Below, in pieces: positions 1-8,696 of a stretch of DNA of 44,668 nt (position 1 is its first letter; every line of letters starts with the position of its first letter). Location of the stretch: positions 1 to 44,668 of IMG/VR virus record IMGVR_UViG_3300049032_000040; one strand, given 5' to 3'. The notes below the pieces were generated by a model. That model was not told the origin of the DNA, did not search any database, and saw only the letters and a list, made by a program, of their open reading frames with translations. The DNA comes from a virus. Both the position numbers and the translations under genes were made by a program.

Positions 1-127
1 GGGCCGGGGAAACGACCGCGAAACGGCCCTCCTCCGGTACGTTGTCCGTGTCGAGCGTCACCGCAAGATCAACGAACGTGTCATACAGGTTCTTCGCGGT
101 CGTGTGGATCGCAACCGTACCCAGGTC
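1..127. repeat. Terminal 127-bp identity with 44542..44668 (circular-assembly overlap; unique genome 44541 bp)
   Basis: Bases 1-127 read identically to 44542-44668. The capsid ORF is continuous and in frame across the junction. Confidence 0.95.
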
Positions 128-529
128 GTTGGCAGTGCCCTGGATGGCAGCGTTCATGGTCGAGAACAGGAACTGGTCGCCAATGTCACGCAGCTGGTAC
201 GTGGCGTTGTCGAGCGCCTGGTTCATCACAGCGCCACCATTGAGAGCCTGTGCGCGCTCAACATCGTCCAGCTCGAAAGCGAAGTACTTCTGCTGGTCGA
301 TGAGCAGGGCGCGGGTCGCGTCGTCGATGTCCTCGAACGTGATGTCCGTGTGCTTGGTGTACGTACCGATCGTCATGTCGTTGATCGACGTGATGTTCAC
401 GGTGTTACCAGCGCGCTTGATCTCGCCCTCGTAGTCGCGGTTCACAAGCTGACCGGCAACCGCCTTCTTGCGAAGCGCAACAAGAAGCTTCGCCGTCCAG
501 AGTTCGGGAATGAAATTTACAACAGCCAT
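1..529 (-). CDS. Major capsid protein, 5' part (continues at 44210..44668 across the circular junction; 286 aa in total)
   Basis: ATG at 529 preceded by AAGGAG. Translation MAVVNFIPELWTAKLLVALRKKAVAGQLVNRDYEGEIKRAGNTV... joins ...TLDTDNVPEEGRFAVVSPALHG of ORF 44210..44602. 529+332 nt = 861 nt, in frame. Lies after the scaffold gene. Not in the ORF track because it runs off the window. Confidence 0.85.
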   Translation of the reverse strand, partial: MAVVNFIPELWTAKLLVALRKKAVAGQLVNRDYEGEIKRAGNTVNITSINDMTIGTYTKHTDITFEDIDDATRALLIDQQKYFAFELDDVERAQALNGGAVMNQALDNATYQLRDIGDQFLFSTMNAAIQGTANDLGTVAIHTTAKNLYDTFVDLAVTLDTDNVPEEGRFAVVSPA

Positions 530-546
530 TTTGGCTCCTTAGGAAG

Positions 547-1158
547 TCACGTCCCCTTGATGAGAGTGGAGACCTGCCCCGCCTCATAGGCGGCAACGAT
601 CTGCTCCGGGGTCATGGTGGATAGATCAGATTTGGAAAGCTGGGCGGGCGCAGATGCCTTGCCCTTCGCCCCCTGATCGGCGCCACCCTGGAAACGCTGC
701 TGCTTCACAGCAAGCTCCGGGGCGTCAGCGAGCAGAGTCGCAATAGCGGCTTCGATAGCGTCAGCATCAACTTCTCCGTCTCCGTCAACCTCAATCGCTG
801 AGGTATCAATGAGTCGCAGCGCCAGGGCAGGGTTCGAAACCTTGCCGGCCAGTGCCGCCTTCACTTCGAGGCGGGCAATCCGCTCATTCGCGGACTTCTG
901 AGCTTCTTCGCGAGCCTCACGCCGCGCAGTCTCAATCGCCAGCTCGTCAGCAGGCTTGTCCTTATCGGCAAGCTGCTGCTCAAGCGCCTTCGCCTTCTTG
1001 TCAGACTCACGGCGAGCAAGACGCTCAGCCTTTAGAGCCTTCTGAAGACCCGCGGTGGGATCTTCAACTGCTTCAGCTTCATCGGATTCAACCGTTTCGG
1101 TCTCATCCACTTCTGCGTCGGCTTCTACTGCTTCCGTCGTCTCAACGGCATCGGTCAT
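547..1158 (-). CDS. Scaffolding protein
   Basis: Internal ATG at 1158 with AGGAG upstream. Acidic N-terminus and a coiled-coil-like A/E/K/R-rich body. Lies between the MuF-like gene and the capsid gene. Confidence 0.7.
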   Translation of the reverse strand: MTDAVETTEAVEADAEVDETETVESDEAEAVEDPTAGLQKALKAERLARRESDKKAKALEQQLADKDKPADELAIETARREAREEAQKSANERIARLEVKAALAGKVSNPALALRLIDTSAIEVDGDGEVDADAIEAAIATLLADAPELAVKQQRFQGGADQGAKGKASAPAQLSKSDLSTMTPEQIVAAYEAGQVSTLIKGT

Positions 1159-1249
1159 TGGAATCACTCCTGTTGGGATGGAAGAACGCCCATCGCAGAC
1201 GCCCAATTGGCACCCCAAACGGGGCGATTCACCGCTTCACGCGGGAAAA

Positions 1250-2254
1250 CTAAGACGGCAGATAGCCGTACTGACGAAGAAGAGCCTTCGCCTTCACCGG
1301 GTCACCGCCAGCAAGCTCAAGAATCGTCTCCGGCATCAACCGAACCGACGACGAACGCCGCGAACCATCAACGCGGTAAGACGAACCCGACTTCATGCGG
1401 TTCACGGTCGTCGTATATGCCTGAAACGGCTTACCGTCAGGCCCACGAAGGGTCCGTGGTGTTGCTCGAGCAACCAAGGAACCCTCTTGACGCACACGGA
1501 ACATGCCAGCACGGGCATTGACCACCGAAGATTCAGACGCACCAAGCCGGATCGACTCAGCACCCGCCTTCGTGAAGATCCGGTCCTGCTCAGACTTCGA
1601 CAATGAGTTGAAATACTCGCCAGCCGACGCATGAATACCCTTAGGTGCACCCTCACCATTCCGCACAGGAACCGTCGTGCACTTGCATCCAGGGTGACGT
1701 TCAAAGTGACGACTGAAGTTGCCAACGCCGGCGAGAATCGCACACCTCGAGCACGCACCAGGAGACAGGACACGCGCCATCTGAACCGTGCCGCGAGACA
1801 CCGACGACACCTTGTCGGCCATGTTGCCCGCATCACGCACCAACTGGGACGTGATCAACGACATCAGCGCAGTACCAACCTGAAACGCCTTACCGACACC
1901 CACACCGCGACCAATCAGCCGCTTCGTGGTCGTCGCGGCCGCATACAGCTCCGGGACAACCTCAAGCCCCTCCAACGTCACCCCAGTGAACGCAGACGCA
2001 ACAATCAGGCCCGAAGCCCCCGTAGCACCCTGCTCAGCCAAAGCCGCCGCCGTATACCTGGGTGCCATAGCCGCCGCACGAAACTGACCAACCGTGACGA
2101 CACGCTCAAGCTGAGGGGCAATCCGATCCCAGCCGGTATCAATATCCGCCGACTCGATCGAACGCCACAGGCGGGCCGCATTCCTCGCGACCCGCCCCGA
2201 CAGCTCATCACGCCGCCGCAGATGCTCCATCGCTAGCAGGCTCAGGTTCGACAT
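1250..2254 (-). CDS. MuF-like minor capsid / head morphogenesis protein
   Basis: 334 aa immediately after the portal gene. Contains the C-rich motif PGACSRCAILAG...HPGCKCT typical of the SPP1 gp7/Mu F family. AGGAGG lies 9 nt upstream of the ATG at 2254. Confidence 0.7.
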   Translation of the reverse strand: MSNLSLLAMEHLRRRDELSGRVARNAARLWRSIESADIDTGWDRIAPQLERVVTVGQFRAAAMAPRYTAAALAEQGATGASGLIVASAFTGVTLEGLEVVPELYAAATTTKRLIGRGVGVGKAFQVGTALMSLITSQLVRDAGNMADKVSSVSRGTVQMARVLSPGACSRCAILAGVGNFSRHFERHPGCKCTTVPVRNGEGAPKGIHASAGEYFNSLSKSEQDRIFTKAGAESIRLGASESSVVNARAGMFRVRQEGSLVARATPRTLRGPDGKPFQAYTTTVNRMKSGSSYRVDGSRRSSSVRLMPETILELAGGDPVKAKALLRQYGYLPS

Positions 2255-3683
2255 CGTTCATCGCCTCCTGAGCGGCAAGCTCAACACCAGCAGCAAGCGC
2301 CTCATCCATCTCGGCCTTACGCATCGCCATGATCCGCTCAATCTCAGTCGGAGACTTCCCGGCCTCTTCAAGCAGATACTCAAACGGGTAACCCATCTGA
2401 GACTTCTTCAGCAGGGCATCCGCCAGTTGAGACTCAGACCGCTTCTCACGGTCCTGCCACGTGATCCCAGCGAGACGCGCCTTGTCCGCCAGCTTCTTCT
2501 CATCCTTGACGAGAGCCACCAGCCGGATCACCTCACGCAACTGCGGGTCGGTGAACGTGATGAACTCATTCGACTTCTGAACAAGCCCGATCTCAGCCGC
2601 AACCAGCGCATCACCAGACAGGTTCGACAGGCCCTTGTTCGACACCAGATAGTGCGGGGGCGTGCGAGTCTGAGCCGCAATATGCCCCACAGCCACCTCA
2701 ATGGTGCCCGTGAAGATATCGAGCTGAGCAGCCTTCCACGAATCGATCCGTGCATTGTCACCCGTCAGAGTGATCAGGCGCTTCTCACGCAAATCCTTCA
2801 TCTCAACCGGGCGGTCACCGATGACCTTGCCATCCTTATCCAGAATGGGGATCTTCGGAGGAGACGTCGCCAACATCACACGCGCATCCATCGACGCATA
2901 ATCCGCGGCAAGGAACAGGTACGCCCACAGAAGGTTGATCGCGTTCTGCATCGGGACAACACCCGAAATCTCCGAGATCGGATCACCCTTCAGCGTCGGA
3001 CGGTTCGAAATCTCCACAACCGGGACAACACCCAGCGGATTCGTGATGATCCACTCAGAATCATCATCAAACCGAGGTTCCCACCCACCATCCACCACGG
3101 CATCCGTACCGCCCTGAACAGCCTGAGAATCACGCTCATTCGGGTCCGCCGCACGATCACGCTTCCACTTGAAAAGCTGATCAGCCGTGTACAGGGTCGC
3201 GTACTCCGTCGACTCATCCACCCACGTCTTCAACGCAGCCTTCCGCAGACGCGGGTTCTCCCAGTCGTACTCAATCTCCACATTCGACGGGTGCTCAAAC
3301 GTCACAAGAGACTCGCCCTTACCGTCATCCCAGACGATCACAAACGCGCGACCAGTAGTAAGAGCCGTCACAGCACCCTGCGAGAACTGAGCATCGAACT
3401 CGTTCATCTGCAACTGATCCCACAGTCGACTACCGGACTTCTTGCCCAGGTTCGTCAGACCGATCGGCTTCAGACGCTCAGCCTCAGCATTCACGACCGT
3501 CCCACACCAGTTGTCCGAGAAATCCGAATACCGTGCAGCGTTCGCAGCCTTCCACTCATCCGTAGCAAAAGTGAGAGGCTGATCACCGCCATAGTACTTC
3601 TCGTACTCCTCAACCTTCGGACGACGCGAATTCAGCCGCATGTAAATCCGGTTGGTCAGAGTCCTCGCCTGAGAGACATCCAT
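2208..3683 (-). CDS. Portal protein
   Basis: 491 aa directly downstream of the large terminase. Size, position and acidic C-terminus fit a portal protein. Confidence 0.85.
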   Translation of the reverse strand: MDVSQARTLTNRIYMRLNSRRPKVEEYEKYYGGDQPLTFATDEWKAANAARYSDFSDNWCGTVVNAEAERLKPIGLTNLGKKSGSRLWDQLQMNEFDAQFSQGAVTALTTGRAFVIVWDDGKGESLVTFEHPSNVEIEYDWENPRLRKAALKTWVDESTEYATLYTADQLFKWKRDRAADPNERDSQAVQGGTDAVVDGGWEPRFDDDSEWIITNPLGVVPVVEISNRPTLKGDPISEISGVVPMQNAINLLWAYLFLAADYASMDARVMLATSPPKIPILDKDGKVIGDRPVEMKDLREKRLITLTGDNARIDSWKAAQLDIFTGTIEVAVGHIAAQTRTPPHYLVSNKGLSNLSGDALVAAEIGLVQKSNEFITFTDPQLREVIRLVALVKDEKKLADKARLAGITWQDREKRSESQLADALLKKSQMGYPFEYLLEEAGKSPTEIERIMAMRKAEMDEALAAGVELAAQEAMNDVEPEPASDGASAAA

Positions 3684-3692
3684 ACTGCCCCC

Positions 3693-5330
3693 TTAAAAGT
3701 AGACGTAGTTCTCTGACGTACCGAGCGCCCCGTCAGCAATAGCATCCATGACGGCCTCATGAGCGAGAACCGAAGACATGGCATAGTCGAACTTTTGTGG
3801 GTCAGTCGGCTTACCCAAAATGTACTGACGTTCCTTCGTCAACGGATTCAACGCCCGAGAACGAACAATCGCATTACGGAAATGAACCTCAACCCGAGCG
3901 TCACCATCATGACGGAACTTCGAATCCGGGTCATATACGTCACCACGTTGACGCTCGAGCGCCGAATGCATCTGCACAATACGGTTCGTACGCCACTCAA
4001 CAAACACACGCTCACCATACTTATACGCCCACTGGTCAATATCCGACTCCCAAAACTGAGGGTCACAATACGCGCGAACAATCTCGAACCGATTCGCCAG
4101 CTCATCCATCGCCGCATTGACCTCAGCTTTAGGGATACGCCCACCCCATTCGGCAGGCTCCCACAACGTAGGCAACTCATTCACACCATACGTAGGCGTG
4201 AACTGGAACTGGTCAAGAGTCTCAAGACGAATACCCGTGAAGTCGTTGTTGTCCGAACCATCAAACCCTAGGCATACGCGCGTACGAGGCTGGACAATCA
4301 CCTGTGGGACGGCCTTCTTCGCCACCCACTTCGGCATATCCATCCACGAACCGCTACCAGACACAATCCGGTTACCGAAAAACCGCTCAGCATCAGCCGG
4401 CGACGTCTCCAACATCTCCGCAGCTTCACCCTCAACCGCCGACAACGACACCCACGGCGCCGCCCGGTAATTGAACGCGAAAATCTTCGCCCGATCCGCC
4501 TTTTTCTTGAAGTCCAGATGTGCAGGCGGCTGCTCGAAGTCCTTGTTGACGTCCTTCGACTTCGACTCGAAAGTCCGCTGAGCCACACTGTTGTCAGCAG
4601 GGTTCCACGCGTTCGTAGTCTCAATCGCACGACCACCCATACCAGCAAGACCCTGACGCTGCTTCTTAGCCAGATTCCAGCCGCCGTTGGTCTCGAGCCA
4701 CAGCCCGGTCTCATCCTGGACAACGAAAGTCACACGCTGACCAAGCCGCGAGTTACCCTTCGACGTCACAGCATCAATCCGGCCACCATTCGGCAGACGA
4801 ATGAACTCCTCACCCGTCTTCGGAATCACATCCGACAACGGGCCAAGCTCAATCATCGGCCTCAGGGCGTCATACGTGTTATCCGTCTGATCCTCAGTCG
4901 TCGCCGTAATCTGAATCAGCGGAGTAGCCCACGGACGACCCATCGGCTCGCCAAGCTCATACTCATACACCCAGCCGCAACCACAACCATGATCACGGCA
5001 GTCATACACGTCACCCTCAGACGCGAAACCAGCAAACACAGCCGGCCCCACACCCTCAAGACACACAAACGCTGACACCAGCGGAGACTTACCCCACTTC
5101 TGAGCACGCACAAGCTGAGAACGACGCGCTACGAACGCATCCGCACCCTTGACGATTCGACCCGCAACCTTCAGGCCAGCAGCAACCGCATCATCCTTCA
5201 CCGTGTAGTGCGACAGCACAAACTTGAGCTGATCATTCCCGAGAAGAAAAGGCTCACCGCGTGATTCCTGGTCGGGAATGACACAGTGGGCCTCGATCCA
5301 TTCCGCCGTCACATACATCGGCTTAGGCAT
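3693..5330 (-). CDS. terL: Terminase large subunit
   Basis: 545 aa. Walker-A-like QKWGKSP, a VVQDE Walker-B-like motif, and a C-terminal RNaseH-like nuclease region (GFDGSDNNDFTG, CDPQFWESD). Overlaps the TerS stop by 8 nt. Confidence 0.9.
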   Translation of the reverse strand: MPKPMYVTAEWIEAHCVIPDQESRGEPFLLGNDQLKFVLSHYTVKDDAVAAGLKVAGRIVKGADAFVARRSQLVRAQKWGKSPLVSAFVCLEGVGPAVFAGFASEGDVYDCRDHGCGCGWVYEYELGEPMGRPWATPLIQITATTEDQTDNTYDALRPMIELGPLSDVIPKTGEEFIRLPNGGRIDAVTSKGNSRLGQRVTFVVQDETGLWLETNGGWNLAKKQRQGLAGMGGRAIETTNAWNPADNSVAQRTFESKSKDVNKDFEQPPAHLDFKKKADRAKIFAFNYRAAPWVSLSAVEGEAAEMLETSPADAERFFGNRIVSGSGSWMDMPKWVAKKAVPQVIVQPRTRVCLGFDGSDNNDFTGIRLETLDQFQFTPTYGVNELPTLWEPAEWGGRIPKAEVNAAMDELANRFEIVRAYCDPQFWESDIDQWAYKYGERVFVEWRTNRIVQMHSALERQRGDVYDPDSKFRHDGDARVEVHFRNAIVRSRALNPLTKERQYILGKPTDPQKFDYAMSSVLAHEAVMDAIADGALGTSENYVYF

Positions 5331-5847
5331 TCATGGCCTTCAATCGATCACGAGCCGACTGGCGAGACGGAGACTTCACCTCATCGCGCTGCTCAGCAAC
5401 CTCATCCATCGCAGTAGCCCAACGCAGAGAGTTCATGCCCACCGTCGACAGCCCCAACTCGGCCTCCATGCGAAGAGTCGCAGTCTTCAGGCCCGCGTTA
5501 GAATCAGGGCCAACAGACTCGATGTAAGAACGCACGTACGCCGCAACCTGCCACTTCAAACCCAGAGCAGACCACATGTGAGCCTGAGGCTTCGACCACA
5601 GATCAGCCCACAGCGCCAGCTCACTCTCCCAGCGGCCTTCAGTCGGCCCCTCGTCAAGCTCGCGCACCTTCTGCTTGTCTGCGAAGTACTCGTAGTACAC
5701 CGGGATCTTCTCGAGCGGGTACGTCGGAATCTCAGCAAGCGGAACGGTCGGCAGGTTGATCCACGCCTTATCGTCCTTGCGATCACGCCTCAGTGCATTC
5801 GGATCAGGGGCAGGCCCAGAACGGGCACGAGGACCACCAGAAGTCAT
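5323..5847 (-). CDS. terS: Terminase small subunit
   Basis: 174 aa immediately upstream of, and overlapping, terL. The sequence pattern is typical of small terminases. Confidence 0.6.
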   Translation of the reverse strand: MTSGGPRARSGPAPDPNALRRDRKDDKAWINLPTVPLAEIPTYPLEKIPVYYEYFADKQKVRELDEGPTEGRWESELALWADLWSKPQAHMWSALGLKWQVAAYVRSYIESVGPDSNAGLKTATLRMEAELGLSTVGMNSLRWATAMDEVAEQRDEVKSPSRQSARDRLKAMNA

Positions 5848-6036
5848 AGGATCACCGCCTCCGCCTACGCATCACGCGACGGCGACCTTAGAACATAGGT
5901 GTCAAAAAAGCCGAATCAGAACGTTTTGAACCTGCCACGCTCTTTTTTGCCCTTCCAGGCGGTTACTTGCTTCGCATGTTGCATGGCCCCTCCCCCACCC
6001 CGTTGGGCAGAGTGTCGAACACCCGTTCGATTGGGG

Positions 6037-6384
6037 TTATGTGTTCCATCCACCTGGTTGGTGCTGTGCGGTCTCTATTGAGTGATGAATGATGCAGAGA
6101 CCGCGACCGAACTGTGGATCGTTGGGGTTGAGGTGCATGTCTATGAGTTCACGTCTGCTGTGTGGGTAGTGGTCTGCTACTGTGGCCCACTGCACACAGT
6201 CCTCGATGACGCACACCACATCACGTGTGAGTACTGCATCACGGAAGGCATGGTGTCCACGGGTGGAGTAGCCGCGGTCTCGCGTGCTACCCCTACGCTG
6301 GTCTGCTTCCCTGGCGTGTGCTGGGCAGCGTCCACCCTTGCTGTCATGCAGGGTTCCACAGCCACTTCGATTACAAACTTTCAT
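6037..6384 (-). CDS. HNH endonuclease (terminase-associated)
   Basis: Starts at the internal ATG at 6384 (ATGA overlap with the upstream stop). Carries CxxC..C..H cysteine/histidine clusters and an H-N-H-like core (DHYPHSRRELIDMHLNPNDP...CIIHH). Lies just upstream of terS. Confidence 0.75.
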   Translation of the reverse strand: MKVCNRSGCGTLHDSKGGRCPAHAREADQRRGSTRDRGYSTRGHHAFRDAVLTRDVVCVIEDCVQWATVADHYPHSRRELIDMHLNPNDPQFGRGLCIIHHSIETAQHQPGGWNT

Positions 6385-6878
6385 GCCGTGCGTTTCAACC
6401 CGTGGCGGATGGTGCGGATGCACTCACCTGTAACCCCATAGCGCCTCCCAAGGGCGGCGTTGTTGTTCAGTACCGGGGCAATGGTGCGTATCTCTGCCAC
6501 CTGCTCATCGGTCAGCTTCGACCAGCGGTGCTTCTCGCCTCGCAGGTAGTTTGCTCTGCCTCGCTCCTGCATATCTCGCAGGTTGTCGGACGCTGTGCCG
6601 ATCTCGAGGTGTTCAATGTTGCAGCATGGAGGGTTGTCGCATGTGTGGCGCACGACTAGTCCGTCTGAGATGGGGCCGTGGTGGATCATCCATACAGCGC
6701 GGTGGGCGAGTTCAACACCACGGTGTTTCTGGCCTCTGCCCACACGACCGTAGCCGCGGGGAAGTCTAGATCCAGTCCATTCGTGGCAACCGCTATCTGA
6801 AACGCGCACCTTTGCGGCGATCCGATCGGCGAGAGTACTCGTGAATCCGAGGGCGTGGAGTTCAAGTGTGAAGTTCAT
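6381..6878 (-). CDS. HNH endonuclease (HNH_3-like with C-terminal HTH-like region)
   Basis: Motifs CHEWTG...GYGRV...HRAVW...VRHTCDNPPCCNIEHLE. The ATG at 6878 is preceded by GGGAGA. Confidence 0.8.
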   Translation of the reverse strand: MNFTLELHALGFTSTLADRIAAKVRVSDSGCHEWTGSRLPRGYGRVGRGQKHRGVELAHRAVWMIHHGPISDGLVVRHTCDNPPCCNIEHLEIGTASDNLRDMQERGRANYLRGEKHRWSKLTDEQVAEIRTIAPVLNNNAALGRRYGVTGECIRTIRHGLKRTA

Positions 6879-6900
6879 GGTTTCTCCCATGTCGGTGGGT

Positions 6901-6964
6901 ACAAGAAATGCCCGCCACGATGGGGATCAATCCATCTGCGGGCACTCACCCCCGACAGGGTGAG
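6901..6964 (-). terminator. Tandem hairpins with a T-tract at the end of the early operon
   Basis: On the minus strand: CTCACCC-N6-GGGTGAG (6964..6945), then GCCCGC...GCGGGC (6944..6909), followed by TTTCTTGT (6908..6901). Confidence 0.55.
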
Positions 6965-6982
6965 CAGTATGGGGTGTGGAGT

Positions 6983-7090
6983 TCAGTGTCGTAGGGATGT
7001 GCGGTAGCCACGTTCGAGGTGTTTGACGTAGCGGTAGAGGAGGATGCCGGCGATGAGTACGCAGCATCCGCAGTAGGTGGTGTACCGCAT
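6983..7090 (-). CDS. Small membrane protein (35 aa)
   Basis: MRYTTYCGCCVLIAGILLYRYVKHLERGYRTSLRH. The ATG shares its A with the upstream TGA. Below the ORF-track size cutoff. Confidence 0.3.
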   Translation of the reverse strand: MRYTTYCGCCVLIAGILLYRYVKHLERGYRTSLRH

Positions 7091-7245
7091 CAGTCGTAGC
7101 CGAGGTCGTATCGAACGCGGCTTTTGCTGGGTGAGTATCCGGTGAGGTTGTCGCCGTCAGCACAGCAATCGTCTGCGGATCTGGCGTTGTTCCAGATGGT
7201 TTCGCAGTGGTCGCATGGGTGTTCGTCGTGGTGCAGCTCAGGCAT
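7090..7245 (-). CDS. Hypothetical small Cys/His-rich protein (51 aa)
   Basis: Internal ATG at 7245 overlaps the upstream stop by 8 nt. Begins MPELHHDEHPCDHCETIW... Confidence 0.4.
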   Translation of the reverse strand: MPELHHDEHPCDHCETIWNNARSADDCCADGDNLTGYSPSKSRVRYDLGYD

Positions 7246-7447
7246 CGACGTATCCGTGGATGCTTGCCGTGTAACCGACGATCGCGTGTTCTTCGATGTC
7301 GCCGATGAGTGAGTAGCTGACACGGCTGAATGCTTCGATGCCGATGGTTGGTGCAGCGAATTCGTCTACGTGGCCCATGATGAATGTCCAGGCGTCGGTG
7401 AGCGTGTCTACGTCGGTGTTGTATCTGACGTGTTTTTCGGTGCTCAC
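7238..7447 (-). CDS. Hypothetical protein (69 aa)
   Basis: GTG at 7447 in a GTGA overlap with the upstream stop. The N-terminal part of the listed ORF is low-complexity and unlikely to be coding. Confidence 0.45.
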   Translation of the reverse strand: MSTEKHVRYNTDVDTLTDAWTFIMGHVDEFAAPTIGIEAFSRVSYSLIGDIEEHAIVGYTASIHGYVDA

Positions 7448-7581
7448 TGTGTGTCCTTGGGGTTGCGTTCGTTGTAGTGGTGTCGTACGCCGCATTTGCA
7501 GTGTGTGATGCCTGTGTGTTCGAGGTAGAGTGTTCGTCCGCATCGTGCGCAGTGGACTTCGACGGGTTCAATCGTCGTCAT
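7444..7581 (-). CDS. Small zinc-ribbon protein (45 aa)
   Basis: MTTIEPVEVHCARCGRTLYLEHTGITHCKCG... The ATG at 7581 sits in the context GGTGAAGACAATGA. Confidence 0.45.
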   Translation of the reverse strand: MTTIEPVEVHCARCGRTLYLEHTGITHCKCGVRHHYNERNPKDTQ

Positions 7582-7705
7582 TGTCTTCACCCTCGTGTTG
7601 CTCGAGTGATCGCAGCCATGTGTGGAGCCAGAGGATTGCGCCGCCGTAGATTGCGAGGCCGATTGTGATTCCCCAGCCAGCAATGTTGAACGCCTGCTCA
7701 GTCAT
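7568..7705 (-). CDS. Small single-pass membrane protein (45 aa)
   Basis: MTEQAFNIAGWGITIGLAIYGGAILWLHTW... The ATG at 7705 overlaps the upstream stop by 8 nt. Confidence 0.4.
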   Translation of the reverse strand: MTEQAFNIAGWGITIGLAIYGGAILWLHTWLRSLEQHEGEDNDDD

Positions 7706-7949
7706 CGTCGTCGTTTCCGTAAAAGAGGCTGTCATAGTGGAACCTGAGCATTTGTGACAACCCGAGTCCGATATGGAATGACTGGTCGTCTGCCACCTCC
7801 ACGTAGTAACCGGTCGAACCGCTCTCTTCCGTGGAGGTGGAGAAGTAGGACGTTTGCATGACGTAACCGGTGACAATGCCACCCTCGGTCACGTCGTGAA
7901 TGTGTGCGGCGACTGCTTCGTCTAGTGCACTCTTCGTTACGCTACTCAT
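7698..7949 (-). CDS. Hypothetical protein (start uncertain)
   Basis: The ATG at 7949 lies in the same GGTGAAGACAATGA context as the gene at 7581. The listed GTG start at 8036 lacks an SD. Confidence 0.5.
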   Translation of the reverse strand: MSSVTKSALDEAVAAHIHDVTEGGIVTGYVMQTSYFSTSTEESGSTGYYVEVADDQSFHIGLGLSQMLRFHYDSLFYGNDDDD

Positions 7950-8048
7950 TGTCTTCACCAACATGGCATTCGGTAGGGAGCGCCCATTCACCTTCACCCT
8001 CGAAATGGATGATTGCGAGGTCGTGCATGATTTCACGATCGGCCAACA

Positions 8049-8237
8049 TCAGATTGAGTCCCGAATCCTGTCGAAGAGATTCTTACGCAGCGGCCAGTAG
8101 CCTTCACGGACAGCCCTACGCATAACGAGTTCGATTGAGCGGGCATCTCTGCGCCAGCGATCAAAGGTTGCTGGTGCACTCACAGCGCGTTCGGCGAGAT
8201 GTCTGGTGCAGCGTTCGTAAGTTCTCATGGTGAACAT
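8049..8237 (-). CDS. Hypothetical protein (62 aa)
   Basis: ORF in the operon orientation, basic and helical-looking. Confidence 0.45.
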   Translation of the reverse strand: MFTMRTYERCTRHLAERAVSAPATFDRWRRDARSIELVMRRAVREGYWPLRKNLFDRIRDSI

Positions 8238-8249
8238 GAGTAGCCCTTT

Positions 8250-8435
8250 CTAGGCTGGTGTGAGTTCTACGATGAGTGCGCCCTGTTCCTCGAGCGCTTG
8301 ACGGTATTTGTTGCCGTGATGAAAACACCAGCAAAGAACACCACCTGAAGGCAGAGCAGCGACCATGCGGGCACGCACTGATGGGCCGCATCCGTCGCAG
8401 TATGCGCGGGAGTAATCTTCGTCATCCACGATCAC
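8250..8435 (-). CDS. Hypothetical Cys-containing protein (61 aa)
   Basis: ATGA overlap with the upstream stop at 8432-8435. Confidence 0.5.
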   Translation of the reverse strand: MIVDDEDYSRAYCDGCGPSVRARMVAALPSGGVLCWCFHHGNKYRQALEEQGALIVELTPA

Positions 8436-8671
8436 TCCTCATCGAGACCGTAATCATCCTCAATGGCCGCACGGAGGTCGCGTTGTTCGCGGCGTCTACG
8501 TGGCTTGATATGCATGAGGCGCTTCGGGGTTGTTCCCTGTTCGCACATGTAGCAGTCGTGGGAGTGTGAGACGCGGCAGTCGGGTTCCTTGCGGATGACT
8601 GGTACGCGTCCGCCTTCTTCGTCGATGCGGCTGACCGCGGCGGGGAAGTTGCGTTTACGGCTTCTGCTCAC
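8432..8671 (-). CDS. Hypothetical protein (start uncertain: GTG 8671 or ATG 8704)
   Basis: GAGGTGGGAG lies 5 nt upstream of the GTG at 8671. The ATG at 8704 lies inside the arm of the 18-bp inverted repeat and has no SD. Confidence 0.45.
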   Translation of the reverse strand: MSRSRKRNFPAAVSRIDEEGGRVPVIRKEPDCRVSHSHDCYMCEQGTTPKRLMHIKPRRRREQRDLRAAIEDDYGLDEE

Positions 8672-8696
8672 AACAACTCCCACCTCGGAGGTTTTG

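Noticed and set aside
2427-3716. Long antisense ORFs opposite the portal, fibre, beta-helix and lyase genes and opposite the early genes at 6927-7571 (2427-3716, 29269-30534, 27844-28806, 32005-33150, 6927-7571)
   Set aside because: All are R/H/T/P-rich, low-complexity translations mirroring well-supported genes on the other strand. None has an SD or a sensible start.
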